A stretch of DNA of 63,588 nt, filler included, from Globobulimina sp. (GCA_003354225.1; 44 parts of 44 records of this genome joined end to end with filler, not necessarily neighbours in it); one strand, 5' to 3'. Positions 23,169 through 35,931 are shown, numbered from the whole stretch's first letter. Numbers and translations are program-made. The notes: generated from the letters alone by a model not told the origin.

Positions 23169-24494
23169 GTATGTAATGCTCGGCGCAGCGATGATGACAT
23201 CCAAACCGCTCTCTTCTTCGATACGTTGCCGAAATACTTCCATATGCAGCACGCCTAAGAAACCACAGCGAAATCCCGAGCCCAACGCTTCATTGCTGAT
23301 CACCTGTGAGACCACAGAGGCGTCCGTCAATTTTAGTTTCTCGATGGCTGCTTCTAACAAATTGAAAGCAGCGGCATTCGTCGGGTACAAACAGGCGAAA
23401 ACCATGCCTATTATGTAAGTGTTAGGTTAGTTATTTAGATCTGCGGCTTTAGGGAATATATCAGATATATAAATACAAAAAAATCAGCTCTTGACTCGGC
23501 AATTTTATTTTTTTCAACAAAAAAGTTTCTGTCCGCTACTTAAAATCGGTCATCACAAAGAGGGGGAAATAAATAATCTGTGTACTCAACATTTGGTTTC
23601 TTCGACATCTCCCAATGGAATAATATCGCATTTGGGAAGGATGGGTAATTCTGATTCTTTCCGCGATGTTGCATGCTTGCGATTTTCTGTTAAAAATACC
23701 GTATCACCGATTTTAATCTGTGTAATGCAAAAATGTCTGTTAATATAATAGGGCACGATATTGCTTTCGGAGTATATGTAAAAACAAAAGAATCAGAGTC
23801 TTCATATAAAAATCATTAAATAATTCAGAGACTTCTTTCAAACTAAAAACTGTGTTGGTATCATCATACTGCTAAAATGTAATAAAAAACAAACTAAACT
23901 CCGTGCGGATTGCGAATGTTACCGAAAAAATAGCCAACTTGACCGGCGTGTAAAGTGTCAACGGGACACAAATTCGGTAGCAACACTCCACATTCTTGCA
24001 CTGTGTATTTCTGATTGGAATGATAAAGACCTACAAAAGCAAAAAACACATCAAATTATAAACAGCCACAAAATGAATAATCACTATAATGACTGTAACA
24101 GATTTAAGTCAGAAGGTTTTATGGAATGTAGTCATCAAACAATGTCGTTCCTAATTACCAGATTGCATTGTAAGACTTGCGTTGTTTAGTCATCATAAAA
24201 CAGAATAATTATACACATACCCACAGTATCACCGGTGCGCAGACAGCCATCTTTCACATAGACCAAACAAGCCACACCGCGGTGCTCCGTCCAAAACGAG
24301 TCATACAGCAACAACTTGGGCGACAGCAAAGGCCGACAACTCGGAGGCGGGACGCGGTCAATTATCGCTTGTAAGACCTCCTCAATGCCTTCGCCGGTTT
24401 TGCTCGATGTCAGTATCACATCATTCATATCGAACTCTAATAAATCACACAGTTCCTCCAACTTTTTGTCCACGTCAGCATTTGGCAAATCTAT
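23169..24494 (-). CDS. GUF1: Translation factor GUF1/LepA (EF4), eukaryotic; four exons visible, partial
   Basis: IDLPNAD, SSKTGEGI, IIDRVPPP, AGQVGY, IKIGDT and ALGSGFRCGFLGVLHMEVFRQR across exons separated by GT-AG introns; CTAAC branch site before the last exon. Confidence 0.92.
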
Positions 24495-24692
24495 CTATTT
24501 ATTATTTATTCTGATTNNNNNNNNNNNNNNNNNNNNNNNNNNNNNNNNNNNNNNNNNNNNTTAATTAATTAANNNNNNNNNNNNNNNNNNNNNNNNNNNN
24601 NNNNNNNNNNNNNNNNTCTTTTTATATAATCTATTTTTATTATATTACTTCATCTTATTACCTTAAATTACTTTATTTTCAGTATTAACAAT

Positions 24693-25391
24693 ATGTGGAC
24701 GAACTGCATTAAATATCCGAAAACTAAAAATAATAAATTTGACGCATGCGCAGAATATGAGGTATTAATTGAAAATAAACTCAAAGAAATCATGTCATTG
24801 TATGATAATAATCAAACAATTGCAATAAAACAAGAATCAACAGAACCTCAACAAAATGTAAATATTATTAATATTCCAATAATAAAACAAGAAGAGAATG
24901 ATTCAAAATTAAAAGAAGAATCACTACGAAACGTACGATATGATATGGAATGTATTGATTGCAATGAAACATTTCGTCGTCCGATTGATTTTAAGAGGCA
25001 TATGTTGGATAAACATGGCATAACAAAGCCGTTTAAATGTAATCAATGCGATAAATGTTATGCTGCAAAAGGAAATGTTGTACATCACATTAAAAAGATA
25101 CATCTGGAGATAGTCAATTATAAATGTGTTGTTTGTGGGAAAACATTTTATTATAAAGCAGTATGGTCAGATCATTGTAGAATTCATAGCGAAGAGAGAC
25201 CATTTAAATGCATAGTATGTCATAAAGCATTTAAACAAAATAACAGTTTGATACAACATATTAAATATACACATAGTGATAACAGAAAATTCAAATGCAA
25301 TGAATGTGATTCGTCGTTTAAAAGAAATGGTGATTTACGACAACATATTTGTAATATTCATAATAAAGCATTCGGGAGAGAAACAACATAA
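24693..25391 (+). CDS. C2H2 zinc-finger protein (five fingers; a further finger lies in another frame, ending 25464)
   Basis: Repeated CxxC-x12-H-x3/4-H with HSEERPF-type linkers. Confidence 0.9.
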   Translation: MWTNCIKYPKTKNNKFDACAEYEVLIENKLKEIMSLYDNNQTIAIKQESTEPQQNVNIINIPIIKQEENDSKLKEESLRNVRYDMECIDCNETFRRPIDFKRHMLDKHGITKPFKCNQCDKCYAAKGNVVHHIKKIHLEIVNYKCVVCGKTFYYKAVWSDHCRIHSEERPFKCIVCHKAFKQNNSLIQHIKYTHSDNRKFKCNECDSSFKRNGDLRQHICNIHNKAFGRETT

Positions 25392-25696
25392 ATGTTCAAA
25401 ATGCCATAAAACATTTACAACCATCAAACTTAAAATAAAACACAAAAAACAATGTACAAAATAATTATCCTTGCACACCACATTTACTTTGCGTTTATTG
25501 TTTCTATTTCGCACATTGTCGCAGAGCGTGACAAAATTCTTTTTTAATATCATTTTTGAAGCAAGATAATTAATTTGATCTTGTGATTGTGAGAAGTATG
25601 AAAATCTCTGAAAAATGTTACAAAAATAAAAGTGAAAAAAAAATATAAAAATAAAATTAGAGTCAGAAAAAAATAGCAATGATAGTCATATATCCA

Positions 25697-25963
25697 TCAG
25701 AATATATCATCAAACATATCATCATCCATTTGCATAGTTTGTAAGTTACCAAATGCATTCATAAAATTTACTTTCACACAAATTGATGTTTTAAACATAT
25801 TATGACATTTTTCAAACACTGGAAATTGCATATTTTTACCATTCGATTCGTAATATTTTTGAGCATCGTCATAAATCTTTTTTATTTCATTCCAATCATT
25901 GTCTTTGTTCCAATCCAAGCGCAACATATCATTTATTTCAGTCATTGCCGATGCACGCTTCAT
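25697..25963 (-). CDS. Hypothetical protein, C-terminal fragment
   Basis: Open from the contig edge; convergent with the zinc-finger gene. Confidence 0.45.
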   Translation of the reverse strand: MKRASAMTEINDMLRLDWNKDNDWNEIKKIYDDAQKYYESNGKNMQFPVFEKCHNMFKTSICVKVNFMNAFGNLQTMQMDDDMFDDIF

Positions 25964-26064
25964 ANNNNNNNNNNNNNNNNNNNNNNNNNNNNNNNNNNNN
26001 NNNNNNNNTTAATTAATTAANNNNNNNNNNNNNNNNNNNNNNNNNNNNNNNNNNNNNNNNNNNN

Positions 26065-26455
26065 TAATTTAAAAAGAAATGTCATGGCTGCAGAAATATC
26101 ATGCGATGCACATCGACATCATGTGAATATTATAACCGATGTTATAACCAAACATTTTATCTTATTTAGTATAGCTATTATTATAAATCAAGCATACTTC
26201 ACATGGACAATATATTATACCTCTTCTCGTCATAATAATACCATACAAAAAGTTGATATTTTCCCTCACATTCTCCGTTCATTGGATAATGTTACAAATA
26301 TATTAGTATTATGGTTGATACTTCAGATTAATCACAAACAATATATATGTTTGTGTCACAAATGTCATTTATGTGTGGCAAAATGTTGTATTGCAGCCAA
26401 TAAAATTCAAAGAGATCCATATCATCAAATGCAAGATTTAGAAATTAATGCATAG
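26065..26455 (+). CDS. C-terminus of a 7TM/GPCR-like membrane protein
   Basis: Two terminal helices plus Y..LC.KCH.C tail, similar to the C-terminus of 40990-41884. Confidence 0.55.
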
Positions 26456-26665
26456 ATTGCCATATGACATAGGTTTCGTTTTTGTGCAAACTGTTGTGCG
26501 GTTTATATACTGTTTTTGTTTTCAGATTTAAGTCATTTAACTTAGTCATCGAAATTTTGAAATTTAATTTGTTCCGAATATATTCAGATGATGATACCAC
26601 GCCTCTCTGTTTTATAGCTTTGCGCGTTTTTGTGCGCATATTAAAATTCCTACAAATCTGAATTC

Positions 26666-27350
26666 ATGAACATGTCACCATCCATATACAGTCTCTTTTT
26701 ATATCATTATATATCAGTATGCATTGCCATACATATTGCCTGGAAGCCATGGATTAATCTTCCGATTCAAAACAGTCAAATGATCGCTACACATTACCTA
26801 CATTCCATCGTAATCATTGGCGGAACACACCAAACAAATACAATTTATAAAATCAACTCATCCGCAACAATCGAATCGAATCAAACGTGGCAAAACTTCA
26901 CGGTGCAATATCCCCATCCAATAATAATAAAAAATGATAATTATTTCACAATCGGTACATGTTTTACGTGTGTTCCTGCTTTTTTTATATCATATCATCT
27001 GTAAATGTTATAGGTCGCTTTACAAATATATTTGGAGTACCCGTGGATAATACAAATACAATGTACACTTTTGATCATACCGTGGATGAATTTGTAGAAA
27101 ATCAAATCCCTCCACCACCTGAACACTTGCAAACAGGCTATCCATGCACAGCAGGTCAGCATCCATACATTTATTTAATTGGAGGTGTCATGACATCAGA
27201 TCCGGAGAGTTCGGACTCCCTCCACTGTTCATCTACAACTTTGGGTTATAATTTCATGACAGACTCATGGCAGATATATTCCACTCGCATGCCATGGGAC
27301 AATCCGCGTGACCATAAAATGGGTGCTTGTTATAATCTGTGTAAACAAGT
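26666..27350 (+). CDS. Secreted Kelch-repeat-like protein, spliced (intron 26955-27013)
   Basis: Hydrophobic N-terminus; IVIIGG and IYLIGG...YNF.TDSW Kelch motifs; a GT-AG intron joins the two track ORFs. Confidence 0.7.
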
Positions 27351-27512
27351 AAAATATACCTATTATTACATTGTTTTAAGCAAGCTGGCAATATTCTTTA
27401 ACTTTAATTTAGNNNNNNNNNNNNNNNNNNNNNNNNNNNNNNNNNNNNNNNNNNNNTTAATTAATTAANNNNNNNNNNNNNNNNNNNNNNNNNNNNNNNN
27501 NNNNNNNNNNNN

Positions 27513-28437
27513 TAAAAAATTAGTTTTGTTGAACAGCATATCCATATTAAGCATATGTATCGTATTAAGTGGTGTTATTTGTAGCAGTTTGTATTATGTA
27601 AATGCGCAGCAATGGCAACTAAATGATTGGAATGCAGCGGACTTTGCTTTATCTATGTTATCCGGAGTCATGTTTGGAATATTTATATCGTTAATAGATT
27701 ATGTGTCGGAACGATTGTTTTGTTCTCAGAATGTGTTGATTTTATTTGGTGACATATTATTTATGATTGCGGTGTATGGTTTTGTTGTGTTTGCATGTTT
27801 ATGGCCAACGCTGTTCATTGCTGACATGTTTACCTATGAAAATATTAAAGATATTCTTCATTTACAATGGAAGGATATTTGTATAGCGACGGGCATTGAT
27901 TTTATATTTATTACGGCATTATTTTTGTCGATTGCGTTAGGAAATGCTTTGTTTGTGTGCCTTAATTGTATGATATGTTTAGTGTTGGAAATAATATCTG
28001 ATAGGTTCTACGCAGACATTACTTCGTTAAATTGGAGAGATTGGACATGTGATATATTGTTATTTGGTTTGTTATTATTAATCGTCGGAATTATATTATT
28101 AAATACTTTGATAATTCGAAATAAAAACTTTTCGCGTTTGTATTGTTTTCAAAGTTGTTACTATTGCTGTGGCGATATGAGATATAAAAATGGAATGGCT
28201 GTTACATGCCACAATATATGTTGCCGAATTGTGTGGTATATGCTTTGCTTTCCATGTTGCAAAACACAATGTTGTTGTTGCAATTATACAAATAGTGATA
28301 TTCAAATCAGTGAAAGTGGCGGATTTTGTAATGGATGCTGTTGTGTGTTTGGCTGGTCCAACAAGTATGACATCATTCAAATAAACCCATCTACACAGAC
28401 TCTGCCTAAGCAAATGGTGAATCAGTTGATAATCTGA
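27513..28437 (+). CDS. Multi-pass membrane protein (DMT/SLC35-like) with Cys-rich tail, 5'-partial
   Basis: Five to six TM segments; many CC clusters in the tail. Confidence 0.55.
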
Positions 28438-28960
28438 TAATTTGTACATGTTTAAAATTTAAAAAACGTTTTTCAGCAATAAAAGTCAAAATATGTATAG
28501 GAATAGTATTGTACGCATATAACTCTCTAAATGTAACTGATGGCTTATTCTTAATGGTTTCCAATTGGAGTAAACGTTTGCATCAAAATTTAAATGCAAC
28601 AGATATGTACAACCCATTTGATATGTTTTATATTGAACAACAACAGTACAATATGCATATTGTCATGATGTCATCAGACTGACTTGATCGGACTTAATTT
28701 TCTTTCTACTGAGTCGAGTAGTGTCATCGAAGAATGTCAGCACAAGTGGAAGGAACAAGTGGATGCGGAGAGAATGATTTTATAGAATGGTTACGTAGAC
28801 ATGGTGCTAAATCTGCGATGATACGGAAATTAATTAATGAGATAAGCTCTGTGTATGTCANNNNNNNNNNNNNNNNNNNNNNNNNNNNNNNNNNNNNNNN
28901 NNNNTTAATTAATTAANNNNNNNNNNNNNNNNNNNNNNNNNNNNNNNNNNNNNNNNNNNN

Positions 28961-30193
28961 CGATGCAGATTAAATTGCGAGTCGACCAATCAATGGCTAT
29001 TAGTGTTGGAAAAATATAATTATTTGACACAAAATGTTGAAAATTATGTAATTCCATCAATCAAGAAATTCATCTCATTTGTAGGCGAAATTAATGATCG
29101 AACAACACCGAAACATCATATTTTATTTGCATTGGTTTTAGAAAAAATATTTCATTTCACCCAATTTCAAATAGAAAATATGAATGAAAGCAATATCCCA
29201 CAATATCCAAATATTAATGACATTAAAATATTATACAACAATTTGAATAAAGCAAAGGAAGAGTTAAATAAATCAATGTGGCATTCACATGATCACTTTT
29301 ATGTTATTGACGAACAGATTGAAAAGGACATATCCGACGCATTACAAATTTATTCAGATTTTACAGAAAACCCATTAATTAAACAGAATACAAAGAATTT
29401 CCGCGATTTCATGACCAAGACACTCTCTTTAATTCGAACTACAAATTTTTGTCGCAGAAGAATACAATGCATGCAACCACACTTATTGCCGGATTTTGCA
29501 ATGATTGAAATGAGTGCAACTGACACCTTATTGGCGTCATTTATAAAATGGAGTGAATTTGTGTATCAATATCCGAAATATAGCAAGGAAGAATGGATGG
29601 AATTAAGTCAAGAATTTGTGAAATATGAGAGTATGAATAAAAATAGAATGGGCGATATGTTGCATGAATGTTGGAATATTATTGGTGAGGTAAAAAAAGA
29701 TGGCAATGAATTTATTGAGGATGAATTGCCGGAAGTTGCGAGATTAATAAATTCGCAGATTATGATTAAAGGTAATATTTTAATCTATGACTTATTAAAA
29801 GTAGTTCAAAATGGCGCCTTTGAAGCATTGATTCCAACGACAATTCCAGTGACAATATCTGATGCCATCGAGAAACATCGAAGGAAATTGTATCAAAGGA
29901 AAGAAAATGTAAATAATATAAATATGGAGCAGAAAATGGCTGTTTATATGGAAAATATTGCACATAAAATACCTGCGTTTGCTGTATTGTTAAATCAAGG
30001 CTTGATATTTATTTTTGAGGATACATCGATGGAGAGAGCGTTACTAACTATTCAAGTGCCAGCAATACATAATATACATGTTACTAACAAAGATGTGCAG
30101 TTGGTCTACGATGAACAGACTATTTCATTTTCGTTGCAGAATACGGAACATTTAAAGGACTGGCAGCAAAATCTAAAAACATTTTGTACCTAA
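28961..30193 (+). CDS. Helical protein with a possible C-terminal PH-like domain, 5'-partial
   Basis: About 400-aa open frame; FAVLLNQGLIFIFED...ISFSLQN..HLKDWQQNL is PH-like. Confidence 0.5.
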   Translation, partial: RCRLNCESTNQWLLVLEKYNYLTQNVENYVIPSIKKFISFVGEINDRTTPKHHILFALVLEKIFHFTQFQIENMNESNIPQYPNINDIKILYNNLNKAKEELNKSMWHSHDHFYVIDEQIEKDISDALQIYSDFTENPLIKQNTKNFRDFMTKTLSLIRTTNFCRRRIQCMQPHLLPDFAMIEMSATDTLLASFIKWSEFVYQYPKYSKEEWMELSQEFVKYESMNKNRMGDMLHECWNIIGEVKKDGNEFIEDELPEVARLINSQIMIKGNILIYDLLKVVQNGAFEALIPTTIPVTISDAIEKHRRKLYQRKENVNNINMEQKMAVYMENIAHKIPAFAVLLNQGLIFIFEDTSMERALLTIQVPAIHNIHVTNKDVQLVYDEQTISFSLQNTEHLKDWQQNLKTFCT

Positions 30194-30409
30194 TTTCGTC
30201 AAATAATTTATAATAAAAAAATTCAGCCAATAGATTGCTGAATATCTGTCAGATCTAAATATTTGTAGTTAACTAGTACCATCCAACTTCATTTACCGAT
30301 ATATTCCANNNNNNNNNNNNNNNNNNNNNNNNNNNNNNNNNNNNNNNNNNNNTTAATTAATTAANNNNNNNNNNNNNNNNNNNNNNNNNNNNNNNNNNNN
30401 NNNNNNNNT

Positions 30410-31462
30410 TCGGCAATATGTTTCATATTATTTGGTTTAATAAAATCATTAATATTTGCAATAATATTGCGAATATTATCTGGTTTATTTGCAGCGCCGC
30501 GATTTCTAATTGTACTAAAATTAGCTGCTCATCATTTTGGTAATAATAAAGTGCCGTTTTTTTGTGGAATATCTGGTACAGTCACCTTTTTATTCTGTTT
30601 TATTTCCCTTACAATTCAAGGCTTTGTCTATGAAAAATATCGTATCTGGAGATGTACATATTATATGTTGGCATTTATCCTCTTTTTAGTCGTAATTGCA
30701 ATCGGTTTAACCATTTATGTTCAAAATAAAAAAACATTGATAACTGCAATCAAACGAGAAAATACATGCGATGCGGCACAAAATAATACAAATATTACTA
30801 AATTAAGATTAGTGATTACAAATTACTTGAATTGGTGTCTGGGAATGTATGGTTTCTCACTTTATGGCATATATTCCTGTACTTTTAGTTTGTGGCTAAT
30901 TCCATATTTAATGTTAAAATTCAATTTTTCACGAACAATATCATCGTTTTTAGCAGGTATTGGCACTGCATCGACTGGCATAGGAATGTTAATATTTGGT
31001 TATGTGTCCTCAACATATAAAAAGAGAAGGGTTTTCTTGCTGATTGGTGCTGTTTTGGCCTCCACCATATTGTATTTATTATATTTGGATAAAGAAATGT
31101 TAAATGAATATTATGCGTTTCTAATAGTATTAATATCTGGTTTTGGGATTGGTGCTGAATGTATAAATTTTTCGCTGGTTCGGGAATATAATGCAAAATA
31201 TGCAGCGGAAGAGGTTGCGACAGGATTTATAAATGCATTGGTTGTGTGTGGTGGCTTTATTTATCAATATATTATCGGTGTATTAATTGATTATCATTGG
31301 ACACAAAAAAATAAAAATAATGGTTATGATGATAATGTTGTGAGACTTTATGATGTCACTGATTATCAATTTGCATTTTCATGTGTCATACCATTGTGCA
31401 TAGTTACTGCTATTCTTGCAACTATTTTATCGAAAGAGACAAATGGAAAAAATTTGAAATAA
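30410..31462 (+). CDS. MFS transporter, 5'-partial
   Basis: FGYVSSTYKKRR loop motif; ATGFINA; multiple TM helices. Confidence 0.8.
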   Translation, partial: SAICFILFGLIKSLIFAIILRILSGLFAAPRFLIVLKLAAHHFGNNKVPFFCGISGTVTFLFCFISLTIQGFVYEKYRIWRCTYYMLAFILFLVVIAIGLTIYVQNKKTLITAIKRENTCDAAQNNTNITKLRLVITNYLNWCLGMYGFSLYGIYSCTFSLWLIPYLMLKFNFSRTISSFLAGIGTASTGIGMLIFGYVSSTYKKRRVFLLIGAVLASTILYLLYLDKEMLNEYYAFLIVLISGFGIGAECINFSLVREYNAKYAAEEVATGFINALVVCGGFIYQYIIGVLIDYHWTQKNKNNGYDDNVVRLYDVTDYQFAFSCVIPLCIVTAILATILSKETNGKNLK

Positions 31463-31855
31463 TCTTTATGATCATTTATTTATGACAGTGTTGTGACAGT
31501 GATTGAATGATATTTGTATGCATGCAAAGAATGTTATTGTTTAAAAAAGTGTTGTTTTCTGATTTGTATTTCCTTCACTTAACTTGTCGGATACAGAGAC
31601 GTGCTCAGTCAGAGCGTATCTGTTCATATTGGGTCGACACATAACACTCTGTCGTTTGAGCCCTTTATGTGGTGATGTTTATCATTGACATCCGATCAAT
31701 TTATTGACATAACCTGGGATTGCGTTCGCGCTTCCCTTCATTTCATTATTTTCAANNNNNNNNNNNNNNNNNNNNNNNNNNNNNNNNNNNNNNNNNNNNT
31801 TAATTAATTAANNNNNNNNNNNNNNNNNNNNNNNNNNNNNNNNNNNNNNNNNNNN

Positions 31856-32848
31856 TATACCAACTGCTTTTCAGACATGGCTTTGTTGGATGGAATGCTG
31901 TTTGAAGGCATTCATTTGTGCTGTCAGTTTATCAATTTTGCAAAAGTCGAGTTTTTAGAAGCTTATGAGCCGTGTGAGGAAGAGCAGAATGACCCGGTTT
32001 TGTTTGCAGCAAATGTGCGGAAATTAGTGGCGGAGGCGTTGGGCGCTCAGCTTACACCGCATACTTTTGATGATTTGTTGTTGCAAGCTTTTGCAGAACA
32101 GTTAAGTACGAAATTGAAAGCAAATGGAAATATCCATCAGATATCGAATCTGGCTCCGTTTGTTATGGATGATTGCCATCGAAAGTTGCAAATGAAAGCA
32201 AAAACAGTGATAAAATTGGGTAAAATTTATATGAAACATTGTGATGAAAATGGTAGGATTACATTGGAAACATTTTGCAACGTATTTCATATTAAAGATC
32301 AGGTGTTGGCGAATATATTGTTTGAGCTGATTATGGGGGAAAGAGGCAATAATACGCAAATTGTGAAGATAAATGTTGCTGAAAATGAATTTGAAGAAAA
32401 GAAATATGAAGAAAAAGAATTGAAAGGAAGATTTTATGAAAAGGAGAATGATAAAATGATGAATAAGTTTATAATGTTTGACGATTTTTTAGTGTGTGTT
32501 GCAATTTGTTATCAGGATGAACATATTGATGATGCATTGACGCTGTTTTATTCAATGATGGATCGAGAGGGTGATGGATATATAAAAGCAAGTGATGTGG
32601 TGGCTGTCGTGAAATTGGTTGAAAAAGATGCAAGTAAAGGGTTTGAATGGGATGTAAAGCAGTTTTGTGAAAAGATATTTGATATTCAAGATATTGAGAC
32701 AGAAAAGCAATTGGTTTTTGGGCAATTTAGAGAAAATGTTAAATTCCACAAAGAAACTATATTTGTTCAAAGGTTTTTGCAGTTTATTATATTTACATGC
32801 TTAGAGATCAAATTGGATGAAAATATGGTTGTTGTCAAAAACGAATAA
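31856..32848 (+). CDS. Lysophospholipid acyltransferase (LPCAT1/2-like) C-terminus with EF-hands
   Basis: CQFINFAKVEFL..Y.P.EEEQNDPVLFAANVR..VAEALG; EF-hand DREGDGYI. Confidence 0.82.
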   Translation, partial: YTNCFSDMALLDGMLFEGIHLCCQFINFAKVEFLEAYEPCEEEQNDPVLFAANVRKLVAEALGAQLTPHTFDDLLLQAFAEQLSTKLKANGNIHQISNLAPFVMDDCHRKLQMKAKTVIKLGKIYMKHCDENGRITLETFCNVFHIKDQVLANILFELIMGERGNNTQIVKINVAENEFEEKKYEEKELKGRFYEKENDKMMNKFIMFDDFLVCVAICYQDEHIDDALTLFYSMMDREGDGYIKASDVVAVVKLVEKDASKGFEWDVKQFCEKIFDIQDIETEKQLVFGQFRENVKFHKETIFVQRFLQFIIFTCLEIKLDENMVVVKNE

Positions 32849-32901
32849 ATTGTTATTTGTATGTGCATTTTTAATATTAGAGCGGGTGTTAAAAATTATT
32901 G

Positions 32902-33202
32902 TTACTCCACAAATTTCCACCTATAACCATATCGAGATTTAAAGCCTTTTTGTTGTCTGCAGACACTTAAGATTTCACTGGACTGATACCCCAATTCTTT
33001 GTTGATTGTTGATGCATTTTCCCAAACTTTTATAATATGCAGATCATTTTTGTCCAGCTGTTGAATTTGTGTGTAGTGTTTGTTCATGTTTGGTCTGACA
33101 TGCAACTGTGGACAACAATGCTGATATTGACATTCTATCAGCTTTTTATAAGCAGCATTTTCGAAAAAATGTACCATTTCTTGCAACCTTTGCGGTCGCT
33201 TT
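32902..33202 (-). CDS. Protein ending in a NUMOD1/IENR1-type DNA-binding domain, 5'-partial
   Basis: IQQLDKND..IIKVWEN.....KELG...SEILSVCR......YGYRWKF. Confidence 0.7.
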
Positions 33203-33307
33203 NNNNNNNNNNNNNNNNNNNNNNNNNNNNNNNNNNNNNNNNNNNNTTAATTAATTAANNNNNNNNNNNNNNNNNNNNNNNNNNNNNNNNNNNNNNNNNN
33301 NNCGGAC

Positions 33308-34620
33308 TTAAAACATAAAAAAAAACATACCATTTAACAGCATAAATATTCGAACAACACAGTTTTGAGCATTTTCTGATTTAAGAATTTTTTGTGTAAT
33401 TTGATCAAATAAATCTGGATAAAAATGTTTATTTTTCACTCGATATTTAAATGTCTTTTTTAGTTCGTGTGCCATTTTCCATTTATGCTGATTATAAAAT
33501 AAAAGCAAATCCACATGAATTATCTTAGCCATATCCAAGTGTTTAAAAGCAATCATAATGTCACTGATTCTGAATGAGACCTCAACCAATGCAGTCTGTG
33601 TCGGATAACAGTAACCTGCGTCAGCCCGTAATTTAATATGTAATAATGCCCAAATTACAGGAATATATGGCAAATATCTATTGGTTACAAAGTCAGATAA
33701 TCCCTGTCCTAAATGTCCTAAATCAATTTCAGAATGGTATCTTCGTAAATATTTTTCAAATCTTTCACTTAATTCTTGTTTATCCACTCGCTTTGATGGA
33801 TTATTAACTGTCTCATACACAACGTGTCTTAAATCAATTACACTTAAATTAAATGCGAGATTTGGATGCAATTTCGAGTGCATAATCACTGAGTTTTTCA
33901 TCCACTTTCCAGACATTGTACCTTTTATTTTAATGCATCGCTTCAATAATTCCGCACATTCGCATTCTTCCCATGTGTCTTGTTTATATTCCTTTGCCTT
34001 CGTATTGTTTGGGAGTGTATTCGTTGATGTTTTAATGGGAAATAATGAATTTATAAATTGTTCACATTCCTCGTCGCGCGAAAATAATTTATTGTTATTA
34101 TTTTGCTTCATGTCATCATCTGAATTATTATCAAATATTAAATCTGATACCTTGTCATCCATATTTATGCGCATTAAATCATTTTTTAATGTATTTTTAT
34201 CATTTCGTGCTTGTGCAGGACTGAAATACTGTGATATATTTAATATGTTTGCGGATTATACAGTACTTCGAAAACACAAAAACGTTTTTATACAACATAC
34301 ATTTGTTACAATATATTGTGCGCATTTTATCCGATTTGGCAATCTAAATACATTTAAATTATCTTCTGACTCAATAAAAAGTCTCCTAAAATCACTACTT
34401 TGTATGTAACAAATCTCATTGCAATAAAAGAATAATTGTTGAATAAATTCTTCATCATTTACTATCTGTTTTATTTCTGATATTTTCCCTTCGTTACCGA
34501 CTGCATTGAAAATATCATTTTTAAGCCATTCGAATGTATTTTGTTGTTCTTCCTTATCTGTGTTTTGTTCTTCTTCCTTGTCATCATCACCAACACCACA
34601 ATGTTTTAATAAATACGTTT
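33308..34620 (-). CDS. Hypothetical protein, probably spliced
   Basis: 288-aa track ORF plus upstream open segments in other frames; exon structure unresolved. Confidence 0.45.
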
Positions 34621-34749
34621 CTAAAATATGTAAATTATAATCATAATTANNNNNNNNNNNNNNNNNNNNNNNNNNNNNNNNNNNNNNNNNNNNTTAATTA
34701 ATTAANNNNNNNNNNNNNNNNNNNNNNNNNNNNNNNNNNNNNNNNNNNN

Positions 34750-35873
34750 CTCCCAATTCCTTCCATTTAGCCATTAAATCTCTGTCAAAAAAAAAAACAC
34801 AAATAATTTCCAGCTAGTTTCAAACTGAAAAACTGTGACACACAAAGTTTCAAACTGAAAAATTACGCAAACCATTACCAATTTTCCAGTCTCAAACTGC
34901 CACCAAAAACAAACCTGATATCATATCTCTGTTGACATTTATTCTGAATTATCGTAGGCCGGTCTTGCAACTCCGCGTCGTACAAATCACTCAATCCCTC
35001 GTTCAACGCATCCAATTCCATGGATATATTTGCCATAATTTGAAACAAATTCTTTGTGGTCTTATTCAACGCTGTAAACCGTTCATCGCAACGCATAAAA
35101 AATTCGCGCACGCGGGGCATATCCAACTGATATAAATCATCCGTGTCAAAACCCGATAAATGTTGAGGAATTTGCACAGAATCCATTTTATCAAAATTGC
35201 GCATTAATAATGAGATAATATCATACTCCGTCCGTTCGTTCAATACTTTCTTATGTATTTTCTTCTGTTCTTCATAGACTTCGACCGATTGCTCACATAA
35301 AAATAACTCAAATGAAGTGGAGGTTTTTAAGGTTTTGTTGTTGTTGATTCTGTTTAGAAATCGTTCCAAATCGTATCTGCGTTGTGATACAACTTCGTCC
35401 TTAAATCGCTCAAATACATTGGTGGGCGGCAAGGGCGGTATGAAGGGACCGATGAATTCGAGGCCTAAATTATAATATAACCATTTGAAGTCATTGTATC
35501 TTCGCGCTACGCTTAAATTTGCACCAAACACATCAGACTCGATGATGTATATAGTATATTTTAACATTTTTCCTTTTCTTTCTTCGGTATTTATGATGCG
35601 AATATCTGCGGACATCTCAGAGTCTAATCCGGTAGAAAAATAACGAAATAAATTGGATTTACTGTCATCATCATTCTCGTCGTTGTTGTCATTGTCTATA
35701 TTGGGGTTTGGGTCTGGTTGCTTTGGTGTGTTGGAAATAATTGCGTCGTCATCATTGCTCTTGTTTGTATTGTTGTAATTGAAGAATGGGTTTGATTCAT
35801 GCTTATCCACGAAGACTTTGCCTACAGCTTCAGTGTTATCCGCATTGCCCCATATGTCTTCGTCGAGGCTCAT
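34750..35873 (-). CDS. Sorting nexin (PX domain plus start of BAR-like region), intron 34782-34914, 3'-partial
   Basis: YTIY.I...VARRYNDFKWLY...FIPPLPP...RRYDLERFLNRI. Confidence 0.9.
34816..34862. repeat. 17-bp direct repeat AGTTTCAAACTGAAAAA, two copies (period 30) in the sorting-nexin intron
   Basis: Copies start at 34816 and 34846; a degenerate third copy lies near 34888. Confidence 0.7.
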
Positions 35874-35931
35874 GTTTCCTTTGACAATGTTTTTGCGAAA
35901 AAAAAAGCACTAAACTTCATTTGCACAACTC

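Noticed and set aside
33681-34409. 242-aa plus-strand ORF
   Set aside because: Overlaps a more protein-like minus-strand frame and has typical antisense composition
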